The notes: generated from the sequence alone by a model not told the origin. A stretch of DNA of 26,605 nucleotides from Promethearchaeota archaeon (GCA_030603385.1 JAUVXW010000046.1:1-26605), one strand, 5' to 3'. Shown: positions 9,544-20,148, counted from the first letter of the stretch. Numbers and translations are program-made.

Positions 9544-9678
9544 AATTTATTCACGTATATCAAAATATAATTTGTGTTTCTATGTGACTTAGTTTTCTCA
9601 TAATTTAAAATTTTTTAAGTGGTATAAAAAAAAGAATATAAAAAAAAAGAAAATTATTAAAAAAACTTCTATTAGATT

Positions 9679-11763
9679 TTAAAACCTACTATCCTTTCTT
9701 CTCTTGATTAGTACAGTAGCTACACCAACTAATCCAACACCAGCTATTAAAACAATCAATGCCCAGAACTCTTCAGATTGGAAGACCATGTAAACTGAAA
9801 AAGTAGGGTCGTGCCATATTCCACTTCCATCCTCAAATTTAGGATAACAAACTGCCCAAACCAAGACATTAAATTCCACTTGTACTCTTATGTCACTAGA
9901 ATAAGTACTAACTTCCCCACCACCCTCTACTGTATAAGTATCATGCTGCTCATGTTCCATTATCCATACTAAAATTGGAATCATACTGGTACTAGCTGGA
10001 TCTGTCAATCTAGCAGACTCACTCCCATATTCATAATCAGGACCAGCGATGTCAATAAATTCAAGTTCATCTTGTGCTTTAGTACCTAGATAATTGCCAA
10101 CCATTAATTTATGTTCAGTGCTGTTATAATGTTCCTCTTGTAAGAGCTCTTCTGGTTGATCAGGAATTTCACCCTCTGTTGCAATATCTAATTCAAAGTG
10201 TAATACTGTTGACACATATATAATAGCTAAATCTAGTCCTGCTATTGGTGAATTAGCTCCATAAGCCTCAGGATCATTCCAAGGAGCAAAAAATTGATCT
10301 AATTTCAGTAAGCCATGGGCAGCACCTACTTCTTTATCTACTCCTGGTTCAAAAGTAAAGCCAAAGTATATATATTCTAGATTTTCTTCTGGCGCATCAA
10401 TGTAAGAATATAAATCTATACCCAAAGGAACTGCAGTAATAGTTGTACCTGTTGCATTTAATCCCCAAGAAATACTCTTATTGTTAGGATTAATTGTAGG
10501 TTTTAGGAAATTAAAATTATCCACTGTTCCTAAAATTAATCGATGAGTGAGTTCTGTACTTTGAGGCACATCTATACTTTCACCATCGACTATTATTGGG
10601 GTGTAATTTGCAGAAATATCTTGACTATCGTCAATATCATTATATAAGAAAGCTCCTGCTAAGTGATGAGTGAATAAGTAAAATTCAATATTACATCCAT
10701 TGAAAGCATTTATGAAGGCTGCTTCTTGATTTCCTCCACCTGTTGCAGCATCTAGAATCGCTCCAACATCTATATGAATCTCAAAATTTTTAACCCATAA
10801 TTGAATTAAGTCAAATGAGAATTGAGTCCAAATGGTTTCTGCAATCTCTCCAAGAGTTGGTGTTAAAAGCCATTGCATATAATTGTCTTTTCTACCCTGC
10901 GCTGTAGTGTTCCATAAGTCTAATAATGCCATTCCATTGACCACATCATTTTCAATAGAATCATCAGTAGGATTCAAACTGCTATCATTACCGGTTATAT
11001 ACCAGCTTTTAGTAATATCAAATTCCGCACCAGGTGTGATAGTAAGTTTCTGCCAAGTAATAGGATTTAAAATGAATAATTCATCTCCAGTGAATATATC
11101 ATTTATATGAATTAAGAACCAAGTAAGTAATGAAACTCCTTCTTTTATTAGCTCTCTAGATAATTCTCTTTCAAGTACTTCTGTTTGAACCCAAACTTTT
11201 TTAAAGAAATTAATTAATTTATTAGCTGCTGTAATAAATGACCGATCGTTATCCCAAATTACTAAGGTTACTCCCGCCCCAACCTCCAGATTATAAGTAA
11301 ACTCGCCATTTTTTTCAACTACGCAATAAGCATGACCAATATCTGTATGTGACATTGATGTAAGTGTTTCTACTTCTGGCATATTCATGTATTCATGAGG
11401 AGCAAAATAAATATCTCTTATATCACCTTCATCGGCAAAATTATAGGTTCCCGTAAAATTTTCTGTATGACTAGCACTTAAAACAAAAACGTTATCTAAC
11501 ATTTCATGCTCAGAAAAGTCTAAACTTTGAAGAAATAGCAACTCAAATATGGATTCAAATATTTTACCCCCATATCCTAAATTTTGACCAAATAAGGCTC
11601 CAAAACCTCCCTGAAAACCTTCAAAAATACCGGCATCCACTTGGTCTAATTTGAAAACATCATCTGTAGTTATCTCCTGACCGTTAACCATGATCGGCAT
11701 TGAAGCGATAGAAACAAGAAGAATAGTAAAGATCATTAAAGATTTGGTATTAATACTTTTCAT
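9679..11763 (-). CDS. Large acidic secreted/cell-surface protein with signal peptide and C-terminal membrane anchor
   Basis: N-terminal K-containing then hydrophobic leader, D/E-rich body with several N-x-S/T sequons, C-terminal WHDPTF, TM helix and KRRK tail. Start at ATG 11763. Confidence 0.75.
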   Translation of the reverse strand: MKSINTKSLMIFTILLVSIASMPIMVNGQEITTDDVFKLDQVDAGIFEGFQGGFGALFGQNLGYGGKIFESIFELLFLQSLDFSEHEMLDNVFVLSASHTENFTGTYNFADEGDIRDIYFAPHEYMNMPEVETLTSMSHTDIGHAYCVVEKNGEFTYNLEVGAGVTLVIWDNDRSFITAANKLINFFKKVWVQTEVLERELSRELIKEGVSLLTWFLIHINDIFTGDELFILNPITWQKLTITPGAEFDITKSWYITGNDSSLNPTDDSIENDVVNGMALLDLWNTTAQGRKDNYMQWLLTPTLGEIAETIWTQFSFDLIQLWVKNFEIHIDVGAILDAATGGGNQEAAFINAFNGCNIEFYLFTHHLAGAFLYNDIDDSQDISANYTPIIVDGESIDVPQSTELTHRLILGTVDNFNFLKPTINPNNKSISWGLNATGTTITAVPLGIDLYSYIDAPEENLEYIYFGFTFEPGVDKEVGAAHGLLKLDQFFAPWNDPEAYGANSPIAGLDLAIIYVSTVLHFELDIATEGEIPDQPEELLQEEHYNSTEHKLMVGNYLGTKAQDELEFIDIAGPDYEYGSESARLTDPASTSMIPILVWIMEHEQHDTYTVEGGGEVSTYSSDIRVQVEFNVLVWAVCYPKFEDGSGIWHDPTFSVYMVFQSEEFWALIVLIAGVGLVGVATVLIKRRKDSRF

Positions 11764-11908
11764 ATTCAACACAAATTTTTTTCAAAAATTGTTTTTTTTT
11801 ATTAAGGTAATAAACATACTTCAGCTTTTTAAAAATTTATGTTCTAATATAATAGAATCTTTAAGGTTTAGAATTCTATTTGTTATTCAATAAAAGAAAT
11901 CTGCTATT

Positions 11909-12913
11909 TCAATCTAAACGTAGGAATGTATAAAAAAATACAAAAATATACAATGCTGCTGAAATTACCAGACTCCAAACTCTTAGTAATTGAGATAATT
12001 CTGAAGTAGTAAAAAGGACGTTAGAGCCAATAAATACAGCAGCAATAAAATATCCAAATAAATGGCTTTTAAAACTTTTAATTTTAGTTTTTCCTTGGAA
12101 AAAATTAACGATTGAAATAAAAATTATAATTACAAATCCAGCTATATAGAATAGATCAATTACTTCAAAATCTCCTATATCTAGAAATAGAAAAAATCCA
12201 AATAATATGACTTCGAGTACCCTAACATTCCAAAATTTTTGTTTTTTTGAAGGTTCTACAAATAATTGTTCATATTCAGATATTCCTGAGTTTAAAAAGA
12301 GTATAATAAGAGATCCAATAGCCAATGCTGTAAATAATGAATATGAAATAATATAAAGATATGGAAGTATAGGAACCCAAATAACGTTCCATAAGAAATC
12401 TGCCAATACAAGATATTCAGGTAAAACAACAAATGAGCAGAATATTGGAAGCAATGCAGCAATAGCCATCATTATCCATGTAGTAGTTGATATCTTAGTA
12501 TCTTCTTCCCATCTCTTTTTCCTGAAAGTGGTTAATCTCCAAGCAAAAGATGCAAAGCTTAGTATAGATATTAAAGGTGTAATTAATGGGAAAATAAATA
12601 TAAGAAGAATATATATTGCATTAATCCCATAGAAAAATTTTAATCTTGAAGGGACAACACTTATAGTTCTATCGAAATCATCTAAAGTATCTGCAAAACG
12701 TTTTGCAAACAAAATCAAAAAAAATAACCACGAGACACTAAAAACTGTTGGGCAGAGTATTTTTATTAGCACTACCTTAAGTGTAGCATCATTTGAAAAC
12801 CATAAACTAAAATCAGCAAAATTATAAATTAAAAAAATTGCAATTGGTACAAGGATTATCGATATTAAAATTGTCAATCGGCTTAATATTAGCCCTTTAA
12901 TCTCTTTTGGCAT
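11909..12913 (-). CDS. Multi-pass membrane protein, unknown function
   Basis: 334-aa ORF with about 10 hydrophobic segments. Confidence 0.75.
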   Translation of the reverse strand: MPKEIKGLILSRLTILISIILVPIAIFLIYNFADFSLWFSNDATLKVVLIKILCPTVFSVSWLFFLILFAKRFADTLDDFDRTISVVPSRLKFFYGINAIYILLIFIFPLITPLISILSFASFAWRLTTFRKKRWEEDTKISTTTWIMMAIAALLPIFCSFVVLPEYLVLADFLWNVIWVPILPYLYIISYSLFTALAIGSLIILFLNSGISEYEQLFVEPSKKQKFWNVRVLEVILFGFFLFLDIGDFEVIDLFYIAGFVIIIFISIVNFFQGKTKIKSFKSHLFGYFIAAVFIGSNVLFTTSELSQLLRVWSLVISAALYIFVFFYTFLRLD

Positions 12914-13066
12914 TATTTCTTCTATTACATTGAATTTTTTAATTAAAATTACATAGATTAACAGTTATTCTTATGTTTCTTAGAAATTAAAATATTATTT
13001 TTAATTATTTACTTTTTAAAGATTTCATTAATAATGAATAAAATAATTTAATTAAATCATTGATTA

Positions 13067-13801
13067 TTACCTTTTAGCACCACAATTCGTGCAAAACATA
13101 TCATCTGACGTCAATTTAGCCCCACAATTAGTACATGTTGTCTTGCCCATCATAACTGAACTTTCTATTGCTCTATTTACATCTGAAATTTCTGTGACTT
13201 CTTCTTTTCCTTTTGATTTCGCTTTGGACCCTTTAATTCCTCCTGGTTTATATTTTAGACTCCCAATAAACCCCCCAAAAACAGCCCCTACTAAGCACCC
13301 TTCCAAGATAGCTGTAAGCACTGCGACAAGATAGGGTAAATCCGTTAAGCCTATTAATACTCCATCTAATATCGCAGATCCTAGTGGCGTAACTAATGAT
13401 AAGACTAGATAGGCGATTGATAAAATAGTTGCATATCCAATCCCTATAGCAAGACTAGAATGGATCCCTCCTCTAGGTGAATGAGCAAAGATCCCGCTGG
13501 TAATAACGCAACATAAAATCCAAGGAACCGTGACAGCAATAATTAGCCCTATATTCTCTGGACGATAAAATATACACCAGTGAATAGGAAATAAGAAAAT
13601 GAGACCAAGTCCAATAAATGCTCCTGCTATGATCTCAACAAAAAGCCCAATATCGCCAAGCTTACCTGTAATAATGCCTAACGCATCATCAAGATTCTCA
13701 ATTAGGCCCCCTGTCAAACCTTCAGTCAGATTCAAGAACCTAAAAGAAATCCACGCCATTGGAATTAAACATAACATACCCGCACAACCACTACCTATCA
13801 C
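13067..13801 (-). CDS. Membrane protein with C-terminal zinc ribbon
   Basis: About five TM segments, a Lys-rich linker, then CTNCG...CTNCG. True start may be CTG at 13816. Confidence 0.8.
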   Translation of the reverse strand: MIGSGCAGMLCLIPMAWISFRFLNLTEGLTGGLIENLDDALGIITGKLGDIGLFVEIIAGAFIGLGLIFLFPIHWCIFYRPENIGLIIAVTVPWILCCVITSGIFAHSPRGGIHSSLAIGIGYATILSIAYLVLSLVTPLGSAILDGVLIGLTDLPYLVAVLTAILEGCLVGAVFGGFIGSLKYKPGGIKGSKAKSKGKEEVTEISDVNRAIESSVMMGKTTCTNCGAKLTSDDMFCTNCGAKR

Positions 13802-14035
13802 TCTTTTCCAACCCAGGCTTATCCCCTCATGTTTCCATAATTTTTAAAAATTATTTTTTTTGTTATAAGATTTTCAAAAAATTAATGAATATATATATTT
13901 TTGTTTTTATCTTAAGTTTTAAACACTAAAATATCCAAGTCATTAAAAAGCAAAATAGACGCTGTAGATGGTTATATCCTAATTTTTATAAAAGAAAATT
14001 AAGTCCCAAGTAAATAAATTCTGGTATAATCAAAC

Positions 14036-14063
14036 TTGATTCAAAATATTGATTCAAAATATT
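14036..14063. repeat. Short tandem duplication (13-bp unit, about 2.2 copies)
   Basis: TTGATTCAAAATA TTGATTCAAAATA TT in the intergenic region. Confidence 0.7.
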
Positions 14064-14104
14064 ATTAAAAAAATTATAAAAAATAATTAATAATAAGACT
14101 TAGT

Positions 14105-14794
14105 TTATTGAATTTTAATGATTCTCCCTTTATCCATTCGGATTGTTTTAGTTCCATACTGAGTTAAATCTCTATGTGTAACAAAAATAATAGTTGTCTC
14201 CATTTCTTTATTTATATTCTTTAAAAGCGCCATAACTTGTTTTTCTGATTCAGGGTCTAGATTTCCAGTAGCTTCATCTGCTAAGATAACCCTTGGTCTA
14301 TGAATAATTGCTCGAGCAATGCCACATCTCTGCTTCTCACCGCCAGACATCTGAGCAGGATAATGATCTTTACGATCAAGCAAATCAACATCCCTTAAGG
14401 CGGTAATTGCTCTATTTTCAATTTCTTTTTGGCGTAGCACTGTTGGCCATAAAACTGCTTCTACATTTTCAATAGCGGTTAATGTATTTACTAGATTAAA
14501 TTCTTGAAATACAAAGCCTATTTTTTGGCGTCTTAATCTACTTAATCTATCTTCTGTTGCTCTCGCGATATTTTCTCCATCAAATATTATCCTTCCCGAA
14601 TCAGGTAAATCTAAACCTGAAAGAACATTGAGAAGTGTCGACTTCCCACAACCAGTTGGACCTTGAACAATAACAAATTCACCAGATCTAATTTTCAAAT
14701 TAACATCTGCTAAAGCTCGAATAATAGCACCTGCTCTTCTATATTCTTTATTAACATCTACCGCTTCAATCATAACATCTTTATCTGCTGACAT
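14105..14794 (-). CDS. ABC transporter ATP-binding protein, LolD/MacB/FtsE family
   Basis: Walker A GPTGCGKST, IGFVFQEFNL, MSGGEKQR, LADEATGNLD, VTH. Confidence 0.93.
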   Translation of the reverse strand: MSADKDVMIEAVDVNKEYRRAGAIIRALADVNLKIRSGEFVIVQGPTGCGKSTLLNVLSGLDLPDSGRIIFDGENIARATEDRLSRLRRQKIGFVFQEFNLVNTLTAIENVEAVLWPTVLRQKEIENRAITALRDVDLLDRKDHYPAQMSGGEKQRCGIARAIIHRPRVILADEATGNLDPESEKQVMALLKNINKEMETTIIFVTHRDLTQYGTKTIRMDKGRIIKIQ

Positions 14795-14809
14795 TTTTCT
14801 TTAACCTCC

Positions 14810-15352
14810 CTACTCACCTACTTTTTTCAGTGCAATTATTGGTCGAACTTTAAGTACTTTTCTATATGCTAAAATAAAAGCTAAAATTTGGACAAAAATA
14901 AAAATCCCGCTTGTAATAATAACAGGAAGTAGATCCACTAGAATTACAATACTTACATTAAGACCTGTTTGGTTTACATATGCAATAATGGCAGCATAAT
15001 GGAACAAAGCCTCAATAACTATTAGAAAACCTATAAGAGTAGTAAAAAATATCATTCCAGAAACTAAAACTAAGATATTCTTGTTAGTAAAACCTATGCA
15101 TTTGAAGGTTGCCCAAACACGTCTTTTTCTTGAAACTATTATCCACGCATAGAGCAATGAAAGAAAAAGAGACGTTCCAAAGAATATAAAAACAAACATC
15201 CATGCTGCTTCTCCTAAGTCACCACTAAATCCAATATCTATAAATAGTGATGTTAGAAATATTAAAGTTGTATAAATCAGTGTGAATACCGTAAAAATCT
15301 TTTTTTCACGTAATGATAGGAGAATCGCTTTTCTCCACATTCTAAAAACCAA
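14810..15352 (-). CDS. FtsX/MacB-like ABC permease, minimal 4-TM form
   Basis: SRKRRVWATFKCIGFTNKNI matches the FtsX-type R..EIG.LKA.G motif; ends with ..P..AL; adjacent to the ATPase; GGTGA SD upstream. Confidence 0.75.
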   Translation of the reverse strand: MVFRMWRKAILLSLREKKIFTVFTLIYTTLIFLTSLFIDIGFSGDLGEAAWMFVFIFFGTSLFLSLLYAWIIVSRKRRVWATFKCIGFTNKNILVLVSGMIFFTTLIGFLIVIEALFHYAAIIAYVNQTGLNVSIVILVDLLPVIITSGIFIFVQILAFILAYRKVLKVRPIIALKKVGE

Positions 15353-15461
15353 TTTGTTTCACCGTTTTTTTTTTTTAATTTATTTTTAAATTATATTTAA
15401 ATTTATAATTGATTTTATTTATTTACTTATAACAATTTAATAATAAATATTTGGTTATAAT

Positions 15462-15863
15462 ATGAGTGAAATTGAAGGTATTATTGATAATTTTTTAGAC
15501 AAAGAACAAAACGTATTTGGTATTGGTATAATAAGTAAAGATGGGAGATTAATTACTCAAACTGAAAATTGGGATCTTTCTAATGATCTTGACGCATTAA
15601 ATGAATTACTCAACCAGAAATTGGAGCTTGGAGCAAAAGGAATCACTAATCTCACACTTCAAGGGATAAAATATATGATTGTAGAAAATACAGAGGAAAG
15701 AAAAATAGGTACAAATATTACCGGAAAAGGGCATATAATTATCTGTCCAATTCCAATTGGAGGAACAGGTGCGTTAATTACATATATCAACCCTCAAGTA
15801 GGTCCAAGAGATACTCTCTTTAATGTTCAAGAATTTGCTAAAAAATTTGAAAATAAGATTTAA
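15462..15863 (+). CDS. Lokiarchaeal profilin
   Basis: ITQTENW, QGIKYMIVENTEERKIGTNITGKGH and CPIPIGGTGALITY.NP..GPRD closely match Loki profilin as I recall it; 133 aa. Confidence 0.92.
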   Translation: MSEIEGIIDNFLDKEQNVFGIGIISKDGRLITQTENWDLSNDLDALNELLNQKLELGAKGITNLTLQGIKYMIVENTEERKIGTNITGKGHIIICPIPIGGTGALITYINPQVGPRDTLFNVQEFAKKFENKI

Positions 15864-15880
15864 ATCAATTTACTTTTTTA

Positions 15881-16978
15881 TTATTTGAGTGAATTCCAGT
15901 AATCTGCTAATAAATTTCTCAATGAATTTTTAATCTTGCTTATGTCTCCATTCTTAGCTTCAGTTGAAAATTTAATCTTTTCAAAAATTGGGGGTTCATA
16001 TTCTTCTCCTATAAGTGCCTTTAGAACAGTATAAACGCAATGTGGAAGACCTATGAGGCTATAACCACCTTCAAGGATGAAAACCAATTTACCTTCACAT
16101 ATCTTTTCAGCTATTTTCAATAATTTTTCAGTAAAATTATAGTATGAAATTGATGTTAATAGACCATTCCCAATAGGATCAGCAAAATACAAATCAAAAC
16201 CTGCGGCGATAATCATAATATCAGGAGTGAATTCGTTTAAAACTGGTTCTAAAATATCTAAGAATTCTAAAAAATCCTCATCAGATGTATTCATAGGTAT
16301 TGGAAAGTTAATACTCTTACCAAGACCCTCTCCCTCTCCCAATTCATCAATAAATCCAATATCTCCTTCCTCAAAATCAAACTCATGAACCGAAAAATAG
16401 AGAACACTGGGATCATCGTAAAAGTATTGAACTAAACCATCTCCAAAATGAGCATCAATATCAATAATTGCAATCTTTTTATTGTAGTGTAGTTTTTTTT
16501 TCAAATATATTATAGAATTTGCGATATTATTAAATATACAGAGTCCTGAGGCTTTTTCTTGTAATGCATGATGACCAGGTGGTCTAACAAGTGCAAAAGA
16601 TTGATTAACATCAGAATTCAATACACTTTTTATTGCTTGTATTGTTCCTCCAACTGCCTTTTTTGCTAACTCAAAAGTATCTTCTGTGATGAATATCTCA
16701 TCGCCCAATAATCCGTAACCCCTTTTTGAAAAATTTCTAACAGAATTAATATGGTATTTTGTATGTGCTAAACTTAATATTGATTCATCTACGGGAATGG
16801 GTTCAATTTTAATAACTCTTTCATTCATAAAAACCTTCTTTATTTCCAGAAATTTTAGAATTGTCTTAATTCGCAAGGGTGATTCATAAGAAAGAAATGT
16901 GGGATGTGGATATGGTGGCACATTTTTTGATGAAAAGTCGTCATCAGTTATTATTCCTATTCTACTATCTCCTGTCAT
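15881..16978 (-). CDS. Histone deacetylase family (Zn-dependent, class II/HDAH-like) protein
   Basis: ESPLRI, RPPGHHA, G.C.FNN, DIDAHFGDG, AGFD...DP and LEGGY motifs. Confidence 0.93.
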   Translation of the reverse strand: MTGDSRIGIITDDDFSSKNVPPYPHPTFLSYESPLRIKTILKFLEIKKVFMNERVIKIEPIPVDESILSLAHTKYHINSVRNFSKRGYGLLGDEIFITEDTFELAKKAVGGTIQAIKSVLNSDVNQSFALVRPPGHHALQEKASGLCIFNNIANSIIYLKKKLHYNKKIAIIDIDAHFGDGLVQYFYDDPSVLYFSVHEFDFEEGDIGFIDELGEGEGLGKSINFPIPMNTSDEDFLEFLDILEPVLNEFTPDIMIIAAGFDLYFADPIGNGLLTSISYYNFTEKLLKIAEKICEGKLVFILEGGYSLIGLPHCVYTVLKALIGEEYEPPIFEKIKFSTEAKNGDISKIKNSLRNLLADYWNSLK

Positions 16979-17078
16979 TTTAAAAATTAAAAATATTCTT
17001 TAATAGCTAAATTATTATAATTAAATTTACATACATATATTTTAAATAAATTTCAATTTTCATAGAATTGTTTTAATT

Positions 17079-19289
17079 ATGACAACAATAGAAATTTTTT
17101 ATACTATCTTACTAAATGCTCTCCCAATAATTATTTTAATTATTCCATTGTTCTTTATTTGGAAAAAAACTATAGGAAAATTATATTTTAGAATTGTAGG
17201 AGGAATTCTTATATTTTTTCTAATATATTGGGTCCTTCCAATAATATTTCAAGTAGGAGAGACTCCTGATGAGTTAATTGTGCCATCAGCAGAGGTAGGA
17301 AACGTTACCTACGGGGTTGGATATATTTTTGCACATTTTGGGTCGCTAATATCGATATTCCTTTCTTATCCTCTAATAACACTCCCTTTTATATTTTTTG
17401 TCGCCCCATTTATTTCCTTTCTAATTTCATGGAATAAACTGAGAAAAGAAGAAGGTCCAACAAAAACCAAATTGGAGGAATTAAGTTATGAAATCAAAGT
17501 TAGCCCAATAGAAAAAACAAAAAAAGAACTGTTAAGAAATAATTGGGCAAGAGAGAAGGAAATACTTAAACTAATGATTGTGCTTTTGCCAATATCACTC
17601 TACCTTTTACAAGTTATATTAGAAATTTCTGGCTTACATGATGAATCCGTAACAACTGGTGAAACAGCTTTAGGATGGTTTCTTGAAATCTTATTTGTGT
17701 ACTTAGCAACCTTTATTTTTAGCATAGAAATCTTATCTTCAAGCCAGATAGCATTGAAAGGTCGATACTTTGGTGAAAAGATAAGAGAACAGACTTATAA
17801 AAGCTTGTATACAATCGGGGCGCCGATGTCGATTTTTTCAATTATCCTATTTATAATACAATATCAAGCATCAATTGCGATTATAATTTACTTTTTTGCA
17901 TACTTTTTAATGGCATCAGTAATTTTCATCTTATTTCTCGATATCTTTGAACCAATTTCTATTTTTATATTTGCTAAATTGATAAACTGGTGGAAAAATA
18001 GAAAAAAGCAGAAGGTTGATCGTTCAAACTGTTATTATATGCTAATATTTGGAGCTCTAGCACTTGTTACTTATTTAATAATAAATTTGGCTCTAACTAA
18101 CTTTGGATATGCCTCTCTTTTTGGAGAACCAGGTTCAATTGAAGAGAGTTTAATATATGAAGCTGGAGAGTATACAACAACAGATCCCTCATTTTATCGT
18201 TCTTTAAAATATGATTTAATTATTATTTATGCGATTTTAACAACAGAGATCGTTTCAACAGTAATTTTAACTTTATTTCTCGTGTATGGATTAAAATTTA
18301 TAAAAAGCATTGGATTGGGCTTTATTGTCTATCTTCCATTTATAATAGTGCTTTCTCTTTTACTTGGGAGCTCTGTAAATTACTGGTTAACTGGGAAAAT
18401 TAGTTATACTCAAATCTTCGGAACTGGTTTTTATACATTAAGAACAGCAAGTTTGACAGCAAAATTACCCGCGTTTTTAAATGGGTTAGCAGCACCATAT
18501 TTGTATACACGTTATATTTTCAATGTCATAATATGGGGCTTACTCGTTTTTTATTTTAAGAAATCTTTTAAAACCAAGAATATACCTATTGGTGAAGAAC
18601 TAATCAAGAAAATTATATTCTCAAACATCACTGATTTTTTATCATTTGATACTTATGATAAGGGAGATGTATCCTATTTAATTTCCAAAGAAAAACAAAT
18701 TGGAATTAAAGAATTAGAACAAGAGCGTGAAGAAATAAAAGATCTCTTAAATAGCTTAGAAAATGATAAATTATTGGAAGAATTGAAGCCAAAAGATGAA
18801 AATGAGAAACGAAGATTTTATTTTACTTTAAGATATCTTTATCAAAACAATTTGATTAACATATGGAAACCAGAATTAAGTTATCTTTTTGAAAAAGCAG
18901 AAAAACAGGGCCTTTACATTATTTATGATGATGGGCGAGGAGTTTTCAACTATGCTTTTCGACATGATGAAATTCAAGACCCTGGTTTAGTGTCTGGTAT
19001 GTTCTCTGCCATTACCTCATTTGTAAAAGAAATGACTAAATCTACCGAGGTTTTGAAAAAAATAGACCATGGAGATATCACTATACTTTTAGAATATGGT
19101 GATAAAATATTTGGAGCACTTTTTATAAAAGGAACTCAGAGCTCTGAAGTGAGAGCACCGTTGAAAGATTTTGTTCAAAAATTTGAAGAGAAATACGGAG
19201 ACGTATTAAAAGATTGGACTGGAGCACTTGCTCATTTTAAAGATGATGAAAATAATAAACTTGTTGAAGATATTTTTAAAGAGGACTAA
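17079..19289 (+). CDS. Multi-pass membrane protein with C-terminal Asgard longin-like domain
   Basis: Roughly a dozen TM helices, then a cytoplasmic region ending in QDPGLVSGMFSAITSFVKEM...IDHGDITILLEYG...FVQKFEEKYGDVLKDWTG, a pattern typical of Asgard longin/roadblock-related domains. Confidence 0.75.
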   Translation: MTTIEIFYTILLNALPIIILIIPLFFIWKKTIGKLYFRIVGGILIFFLIYWVLPIIFQVGETPDELIVPSAEVGNVTYGVGYIFAHFGSLISIFLSYPLITLPFIFFVAPFISFLISWNKLRKEEGPTKTKLEELSYEIKVSPIEKTKKELLRNNWAREKEILKLMIVLLPISLYLLQVILEISGLHDESVTTGETALGWFLEILFVYLATFIFSIEILSSSQIALKGRYFGEKIREQTYKSLYTIGAPMSIFSIILFIIQYQASIAIIIYFFAYFLMASVIFILFLDIFEPISIFIFAKLINWWKNRKKQKVDRSNCYYMLIFGALALVTYLIINLALTNFGYASLFGEPGSIEESLIYEAGEYTTTDPSFYRSLKYDLIIIYAILTTEIVSTVILTLFLVYGLKFIKSIGLGFIVYLPFIIVLSLLLGSSVNYWLTGKISYTQIFGTGFYTLRTASLTAKLPAFLNGLAAPYLYTRYIFNVIIWGLLVFYFKKSFKTKNIPIGEELIKKIIFSNITDFLSFDTYDKGDVSYLISKEKQIGIKELEQEREEIKDLLNSLENDKLLEELKPKDENEKRRFYFTLRYLYQNNLINIWKPELSYLFEKAEKQGLYIIYDDGRGVFNYAFRHDEIQDPGLVSGMFSAITSFVKEMTKSTEVLKKIDHGDITILLEYGDKIFGALFIKGTQSSEVRAPLKDFVQKFEEKYGDVLKDWTGALAHFKDDENNKLVEDIFKED

Positions 19290-19308
19290 AAATACTTTTT
19301 TTTTAATA

Positions 19309-20094
19309 TTATTCTGGGATAGTAGCAACAGCGCGAACCCAACCTGCGCTAGCTCTTGCAATTTTTATAGGAAAACAATAGATTGTTGCACCAGTAGGAG
19401 GCACTTTTTCTAAATTGGTAAGCTTTTCCATCTGAAAATATCCTCTTTCAATACCCGCAAAATGCCCTTCCCAAATAATAGAAGGATCTTGATTTTGTTC
19501 CCATTTCTGAGTTGTGATCGAAAAAGGGGCATCCCAAGACCATGAATCTGTTCCAACAATATGAACTCCCTGCTTTATTATATGGATTGTAGCTTTTTTT
19601 CCAACACCTATTCCATGATGGACAAATTCTCTGGTTCCATAATATTGAGGAGCAGTAGTATGAATGCATAGAATTTCACCGCCCTTTAGTTTATAATCAG
19701 TTTCTTTCAATTTTTGGTTGACGTCTTCAGGAGTTAAGACATATCCATCATCATAATTGGTGCAGTCAAGAACAATAAGAGGACCTATACACCACTCTAG
19801 AGGAATCTCATCTATTGTCATTGCTTTTCTCTGTTCTGTTTCTCTGTCCTGAATGGGTGAAAAATGCCATGGTGAATCCATATGTGTCCCATTATGAGTA
19901 CTTAGAGTTATTCTCTCTGTTGCCCAACCTTTTCCATTAGGTAAATGTTTTTCTGGTACTAAATTAAAAATTCTTCCCATCTGGTCTGCTCCTTTAGTAT
20001 GATCATTGTATTCTATGTTTAGCTCAGTACGTTCTGGATCAAACAATAATTCATTAGGATTTATTAATGGTATTGATAAATCTATAAATTTCAT
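19309..20094 (-). CDS. Cyclase family protein (kynurenine formamidase-like metal hydrolase)
   Basis: IDLS, HNGTHMDSPWH (HxGTHxDxPxH), GTD, EKLTNL and RAVA motifs. Confidence 0.9.
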   Translation of the reverse strand: MKFIDLSIPLINPNELLFDPERTELNIEYNDHTKGADQMGRIFNLVPEKHLPNGKGWATERITLSTHNGTHMDSPWHFSPIQDRETEQRKAMTIDEIPLEWCIGPLIVLDCTNYDDGYVLTPEDVNQKLKETDYKLKGGEILCIHTTAPQYYGTREFVHHGIGVGKKATIHIIKQGVHIVGTDSWSWDAPFSITTQKWEQNQDPSIIWEGHFAGIERGYFQMEKLTNLEKVPPTGATIYCFPIKIARASAGWVRAVATIPE

Positions 20095-20148
20095 CTTTCT
20101 ACCCTCATTATCAAATTATACATAAATAAATTATATTTATTATTTAAT

